From positions 1 through 39,944 of the IMG/VR virus record IMGVR_UViG_3300044970_002245: a DNA stretch of 39,944 nt. One strand, written 5' to 3'. The position numbers were made by a program, and so were the translations under genes. Positions 36,006 to 39,944 of this stretch are shown piece after piece; within the stretch, counting starts at the first letter, position 1, and the number at the start of each line of letters is the position of its first letter. The notes beneath the pieces are model-generated. The model saw only the letters and a program-made list of their open reading frames with translations, was not told where the DNA came from and did not search any database. The DNA comes from a virus (taxonomy: Duplodnaviria > Caudoviricetes).

Positions 36006-36100
36006 ATGGGGCAACCCGTCCGAGGAAGGAAGAATTGGGCTTTCGGTCTTGCAAAACCTAGCCCCATGTTGTTGGTATACTATATAGGTAGAAAAGTCAA
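36006..36100 (-). promoter_or_regulatory. Initiator promoter and structured 5' leader
   Basis: TTGACT-17-TACCAA; ATGGGGC/GCCCCAT stem enclosing two hairpins. Confidence 0.55.
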
Positions 36101-36140
36101 CCCACAAAATCCCATGATTTCCCATCTATGCCCATGATTG
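36101..36140. repeat. Four 10-bp-phased CCCA(T) repeats
   Basis: cccacaaaat cccatgattt cccatctatg cccatgattg. Confidence 0.7.
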
Positions 36141-36196
36141 GTTATTTCCATTTTGGAAATAGTTGACAAAAAAGGAAGTCTGTTGTACGTTGACAG

Positions 36197-36275
36197 TTGA
36201 CACGTTTGATTGTCAGTGGGACAGGTTCTTTGATCCCGTTTAAGGCCGCTTGCTCTAACAAGTGGCCTTTATAGT
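36197..36275 (+). ncRNA. Candidate three-hairpin small RNA
   Basis: Promoter TTGACA-17-TACGTT (36163-36191), no ORF, ends in an 11-bp hairpin. Confidence 0.5.
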
Positions 36276-36276
36276 T

Positions 36277-36651
36277 TTAGATTGTCTCAGCACGACTAAA
36301 ATCTACAATAATACGATTATCACTATCTTTTTTAACTGGAAACCTCGTTGTTTTTTCTTTGCAAATTCCTAAAAATTCCAAAAAAGTCTTTGCGTTAATA
36401 GAGGCTCCAGTCGGATGGTTTGTTATTTTATGTAAATACTGTTCTTTCAGAGCGGCTTCATCGCAAAGAAACTCTATACAAAAAAGTTTATTTTCTAAAT
36501 CATGATAAAGCACGGCAAAATTGTACTTATCTAAAGAAAATTCTTTTTTTATCCCTGAGTTAAGGCTAATTCTTCCTTTATTGTTTATACTGCAAATTAA
36601 AAGTTTTTTTGTTCGTCCATTGTGAATTGTTGTAAATTTTACAAAGTTCAT
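36277..36651 (-). CDS. Hypothetical AT-rich protein
   Basis: 124 aa, AAGGA RBS. Confidence 0.65.
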   Translation of the reverse strand: MNFVKFTTIHNGRTKKLLICSINNKGRISLNSGIKKEFSLDKYNFAVLYHDLENKLFCIEFLCDEAALKEQYLHKITNHPTGASINAKTFLEFLGICKEKTTRFPVKKDSDNRIIVDFSRAETI

Positions 36652-36664
36652 ACAATTTCCTTTA

Positions 36665-37111
36665 TTAAAGATGTTTAATTTCTTTTTGAATCTCTGCCAC
36701 CAAAGATTCGTGCATGGTCACGCCCTCAAGGGCGGGGATGCAACGTTTAAGAAGTTGCTTTGCCCGTTGCTGGGCAGTAAAAGGCTGCTGTTCAGGTGTC
36801 TTTCTTTTTTCAGGATGCAGCACCCACGTCCTAAAGTTAATGCCCTCTTCTTTGCCTTGTATCGCGCATTGAAGGACGTATTCATAATGTGAATCCATAT
36901 CTTCAAACGTGGCATCTAGCTTTAAGCACTCTTGGACAAAATCGATGGTGTAATACCTGTCGCAGCATTCAAAAACCATGGTGTGATCGTTTTCGTCCCA
37001 CCCAACAAAATATACCGTGGCCAAAGATTCTTCAGGGTAGTATTTCTTAAGAAACGCAATGATCGTTTTTTTACACGCATCATTATATTTTAACCATACA
37101 TCATTTTTCAT
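36665..37111 (-). CDS. Hypothetical protein
   Basis: 148 aa after a leftward promoter. Confidence 0.7.
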   Translation of the reverse strand: MKNDVWLKYNDACKKTIIAFLKKYYPEESLATVYFVGWDENDHTMVFECCDRYYTIDFVQECLKLDATFEDMDSHYEYVLQCAIQGKEEGINFRTWVLHPEKRKTPEQQPFTAQQRAKQLLKRCIPALEGVTMHESLVAEIQKEIKHL

Positions 37112-37121
37112 AACTTATCTC

Positions 37122-37174
37122 TTGATTTTGTCATTGTGTTGGTGTATGGTATACATAACACAAACGAAAGTCAA
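37122..37174. promoter_or_regulatory. Overlapping opposed promoters sharing the -10 region
   Basis: + TTGATT-17-TATGGT (37122-37150); - TTGACT-17-TACCAT (37174-37146). Confidence 0.6.
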
Positions 37175-37183
37175 GAGAAAACC

Positions 37184-37447
37184 ATGCTACATAGACTTAA
37201 TGATACCTGTATCCTTAAAAAAAGTGATTGTGGTGAAATTTTGTTGATTCTTGCCAAAAATGGATACGCTGATCTTGCTAACGCGGTTAATAATGCTGGC
37301 TGGGAATCATGGGATGGCTGGGTAGCTGTTCCTTATGAGGCCAGTAAAAAACAACTTAGGGGGAATACAAACCACCCTATATCGTTAGGTCGCTGGCAAT
37401 CTATTCTTGCATTAAGCCCTGAAAATCCACCAACAGAAAGCATGTGA
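37184..37447 (+). CDS. Hypothetical protein
   Basis: ATG 37184 in the 37136..37447 frame. Confidence 0.6.
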   Translation: MLHRLNDTCILKKSDCGEILLILAKNGYADLANAVNNAGWESWDGWVAVPYEASKKQLRGNTNHPISLGRWQSILALSPENPPTESM

Positions 37448-37683
37448 TTATGATTTTATCATACTATTACACAGGGATTCACAAAGATGAATTGCCAACC
37501 TTTGAAAAGAAGGCAAAGAAACTACAGGCTGATTATAAATCGTTCGTGGTCGGCGGTATCGAAAGAACAATGCGGGTTCATTTCACGGGTGATGATTTAA
37601 CCGAGTGTGAAAAAAAGGCATCTGTTTTTCGTAAAGTTTATGCAAACAAAAAGGAGATTGGTCCATGGTCAAAAGAACTTTAA
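37444..37683 (+). CDS. Hypothetical protein
   Basis: Overlap-coupled ORF. Confidence 0.55.
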   Translation: MIMILSYYYTGIHKDELPTFEKKAKKLQADYKSFVVGGIERTMRVHFTGDDLTECEKKASVFRKVYANKKEIGPWSKEL

Positions 37684-37922
37684 TTTTAATCGCTTTGCTT
37701 TCAGGCGATGCTATGGCGCAATATTATAGCCCACAAACCTACATGCCATTAAACTGTAGTACAATGTGGACGGCAGAATGTGAGTCGGCTGCAAGAACAT
37801 CTGAATTGCAAAATCAACAAGAAATGCTTGATTTCATGAGAAAACAAGAAGCCAACCGAAGCCTTGAGCAGATCAATGAAAGTAGCGATAGGTTTTGGAG
37901 AGAATTTCGTTTGCCAAAATAA
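37665..37922 (+). CDS. Secreted protein (signal peptide)
   Basis: MVKRTLILIALLSGDAMA|Q with A-x-A site; AAGGAG RBS. Confidence 0.65.
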   Translation: MVKRTLILIALLSGDAMAQYYSPQTYMPLNCSTMWTAECESAARTSELQNQQEMLDFMRKQEANRSLEQINESSDRFWREFRLPK

Positions 37923-37931
37923 TCACAGAAT

Positions 37932-37987
37932 AAAACGACACCGTGTCTGGCCAAGCAAAATCCTACAAAACGACGTAGTCACGGTGC
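37932..37987 (-). ncRNA. Candidate small RNA
   Basis: Promoter TTGTGT-17-TAGTAT (38022-37994); GCACCGTG/CACGGTGT stem followed by CGTTTT. Confidence 0.4.
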
Positions 37988-38013
37988 TTGCTTATACTAT
38001 ACAAAAAAACCCA

Positions 38014-38057
38014 TTGACACAAGTCCTTTTGTTGTGTAGTGTATACAAACAACAACA
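38014..38057 (+). promoter_or_regulatory. sigma70-like promoter with shared operator-like motif
   Basis: TTGACA-17-TAGTGT; 28/30 match to 2306-2335. Confidence 0.7.
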
Positions 38058-38072
38058 AACAGGGAAACCCTT

Positions 38073-38471
38073 ATGGTATCATTAACAGATTTTAACAAGC
38101 CTTTTGAGTGCACAGACGTGTACGAAAGAGAAAAATACACACTGGAACACGTAGAACTTTCTGATGATGAAGATTTGATCGGAAAAGATGTTACTTTAAT
38201 GGCGTATGTTTTCTATCCGAACAGGCTTTCTAAAAGTCTTTTTCGTATCCGCTCAAAAGAGCAAGAGGGCACAGTAAATTTGGGCGCGTTAGAGTTTCTT
38301 TTGACTTCTGATGAATATAAAGATTTTTTAGGTGGATTGCTGGATGTTTGCAGTGATTTTTCTGTAGAAGAGCCAAACAAATGGCGCACAAACATCAAAT
38401 ATGTTTGGTCCACAGAGGAAATTGAAAAAACTGACGGGCTTCTCTATGACCCAGAATACAAAACCCTGTAA
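38073..38471 (+). CDS. Hypothetical acidic protein
   Basis: 132 aa, AGGGA RBS. Confidence 0.7.
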   Translation: MVSLTDFNKPFECTDVYEREKYTLEHVELSDDEDLIGKDVTLMAYVFYPNRLSKSLFRIRSKEQEGTVNLGALEFLLTSDEYKDFLGGLLDVCSDFSVEEPNKWRTNIKYVWSTEEIEKTDGLLYDPEYKTL

Positions 38472-38511
38472 ACCCCTTGACAATGGTTGGTGTGTGTGTC
38501 ATAACAACACC

Positions 38512-38590
38512 AACGCTCATAAGTGGTTTTGGTTTCTTGCCACTTAAAACTGGACGGGGTTTCTTTGTTGATGGGAAGCCCCGTTTTTTT
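38512..38590 (+). ncRNA. Candidate two-hairpin small RNA or attenuator leader
   Basis: Promoter TTGACA-17-CATAAC (38477-38505); TAAGTGG/CCACTTA hairpin; terminator ACGGGGTTTC...GAAGCCCCGT+T-tract. Confidence 0.55.
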
Positions 38591-38623
38591 ATTGATCGAA
38601 TACCAACAAACAAAGGAGTAGTT

Positions 38624-38839
38624 ATGGTGCAGTTTTTAGGCATAGAAAGCGAAAACGGCAAGGTCGACATTAAGGTCCTTTGGTATGACCAAAGGTGTTC
38701 TTTTACTGGAGGAAACAGCCGTATTTTTGAGACAAAGGGAGAAGATTTAAAAAAAGATTTGTTTTATATGGAAGCCGTACTTGGGATGGAGCGCATAAAA
38801 TTAGAACGAAAAGAAGCAGCGGAAAAACAAAACAATTAA
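38624..38839 (+). CDS. Hypothetical protein
   Basis: AAGGAG RBS before MVQFLG; upstream part of the track ORF is promoter/terminator sequence. Confidence 0.65.
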   Translation: MVQFLGIESENGKVDIKVLWYDQRCSFTGGNSRIFETKGEDLKKDLFYMEAVLGMERIKLERKEAAEKQNN

Positions 38840-38843
38840 GCAT

Positions 38844-38919
38844 GGTCCATTAGTGTACGGGTTAGCACACTGCGCTCATAACGCATGAGGATAGGGTTCA
38901 ACTCCCTGATGGACTACCA
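38844..38919 (+). tRNA. tRNA(CAT), repeat copy
   Basis: Identical to 27-102. Confidence 0.92.
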
Positions 38920-38931
38920 ACAAGCAAAGGA

Positions 38932-39375
38932 ATGATTATGACTAAACTATACCCTATAGGCACACAGCTTATAACGCATCGGCTCAGTCAAGCGGCACTT
39001 TTTGTTGATGTGTTTCCAGAATCTAGCACAGAATTTGCCTCATTTTTTGATCCAGATGATGAGGTGGGTGTAAGGCATCTTGTTGGGTTTTGTTTAAGTG
39101 CGGATGAGTGGCGCGTCATGGTTACCGAAGATAATCAAAAATGGCTAAGTCCTGTACCGATGGTAGGGGATTTGGTGGATGTTGATAAGAGATATTCAGT
39201 ACCTACAATTATATATGTTTCTAAGTATGATGTTGGATTATTAGACAACCCTAGTGCAGTCGTTAAACGCATCATTGAACGCACCTACCCCAACGGACAA
39301 CGCGCACCGTTGATTGAGTGGGACGAAGTGATCCTGCCTACTGGTCAAACACCAAACACCCACCCTGCTCCCTAA
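38932..39375 (+). CDS. Hypothetical protein, repeat copy of 117..560
   Basis: Identical translation. Confidence 0.7.
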   Translation: MIMTKLYPIGTQLITHRLSQAALFVDVFPESSTEFASFFDPDDEVGVRHLVGFCLSADEWRVMVTEDNQKWLSPVPMVGDLVDVDKRYSVPTIIYVSKYDVGLLDNPSAVVKRIIERTYPNGQRAPLIEWDEVILPTGQTPNTHPAP

Positions 39376-39595
39376 CCCTATCCAGCAGATCGTCAATCTC
39401 TTGCCTAATGCTTTCTAGGCAATGCACAGATGCGTTAATGTGGTAATCGTCAACCGTGTTGGCATGGAAACGCGCAACACGGCATAAACACTCTATCGTC
39501 TTCAGGTGGTTGTTTTTCAGGATTATGTCCTGAACGTTTTTTAAAGGCTCTTGCTTTTTCTTTTTATACTCAAAAAGATCAATGACCTTCCTCAT
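39338..39595 (-). CDS. Hypothetical protein, repeat copy of 523..780
   Basis: Identical translation. Confidence 0.6.
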   Translation of the reverse strand: MRKVIDLFEYKKKKQEPLKNVQDIILKNNHLKTIECLCRVARFHANTVDDYHINASVHCLESIRQEIDDLLDRVREQGGCLVFDQ

Positions 39596-39857
39596 ACTGA
39601 ATCTTGCCCTCAAAGTATGCTTTTTTAATCTTCTCCGGCACGATCTCAAGTTCTCTAGCCACATCATCGAAATTTAAATCCAATACTTTACAAAGGCAAC
39701 GTAAAAATGCTTCGTCCTGACTTTTTGTGCGCCGGTCCTCGATAAAAAGAATCTTATGACCCGATCCTGAAAAACCGTAATTTTTCATCAAATCAAGAAC
39801 ATGACCTCTTGACCAACCCAGCGATTCCCTGCGACTTCTTAACAACGTTTTGTGCAT
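39579..39857 (-). CDS. XRE HTH regulator, variant allele (D26N)
   Basis: Repeat copy of 764..1042 with 10 nucleotide changes. Confidence 0.8.
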   Translation of the reverse strand: MHKTLLRSRRESLGWSRGHVLDLMKNYGFSGSGHKILFIEDRRTKSQDEAFLRCLCKVLDLNFDDVARELEIVPEKIKKAYFEGKIQYEEGH

Positions 39858-39944
39858 AACATCCTTTTTCTTCTTGACTTAGTCTTTGTCTATTTGGTAT
39901 GTATATCACACACACACAAAAAAAGAAAGTGTTTTTATGTCTAC

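Larger units (their letters stand above)
38818..39944. repeat. Right copy of terminal direct repeat
   Basis: Matches 1-1129. Confidence 0.97.

Noticed and set aside
38477-38623. N-terminal extension of the 38477..38839 ORF
   Set aside because: Its 'start' is the TTG of a -35 box and it crosses a terminator; a strong RBS precedes ATG 38624
1-39944. Alternative genetic code or stop-codon reassignment
   Set aside because: Core genes are full length in the standard code, TAA, TAG and TGA all end genes, and there is no suppressor tRNA

Overview
The window is an apparently complete tailed-phage genome with a unit length of about 38.8 kb. Bases 1-1129 recur at 38818-39944 with 10 substitutions and a 2-bp indel. 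The minus-strand virion operon (28388->5490) has podovirus, BPP-1/epsilon15-like order: small and large terminase, portal, Bbp19-like protein, scaffold, major capsid, tail tubular A and B, internal virion proteins, a beta-helix tailspike and a second fibre-like module. Also present are a plus-strand lysis cassette (GH24 lysozyme, holin-like genes), a Sak4-like ATPase with a DUF559-like nuclease, a lambdoid O/P-like replication pair, an ArdC-like protein, two XRE HTH regulators, many small early genes and one tRNA(CAT). I recognised no integrase, DNA/RNA polymerase, helicase or reverse transcriptase. The most unusual signal is non-coding. Several intergenic sigma70-like promoters have predicted starts at or near the foot of a stem-loop and drive short ORF-less structured RNAs (about 5364-5410, 36197-36275, 37932-37987, 38512-38590, plus a structured leader at 36006-36067). 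Their loops are complementary to ribosome-binding sites or 5' ends of the phage's own early, replication and capsid mRNAs. This suggests a candidate multi-sRNA regulatory circuit, which is an untested inference. All protein calls come from motif recognition and synteny by eye, not database searches.
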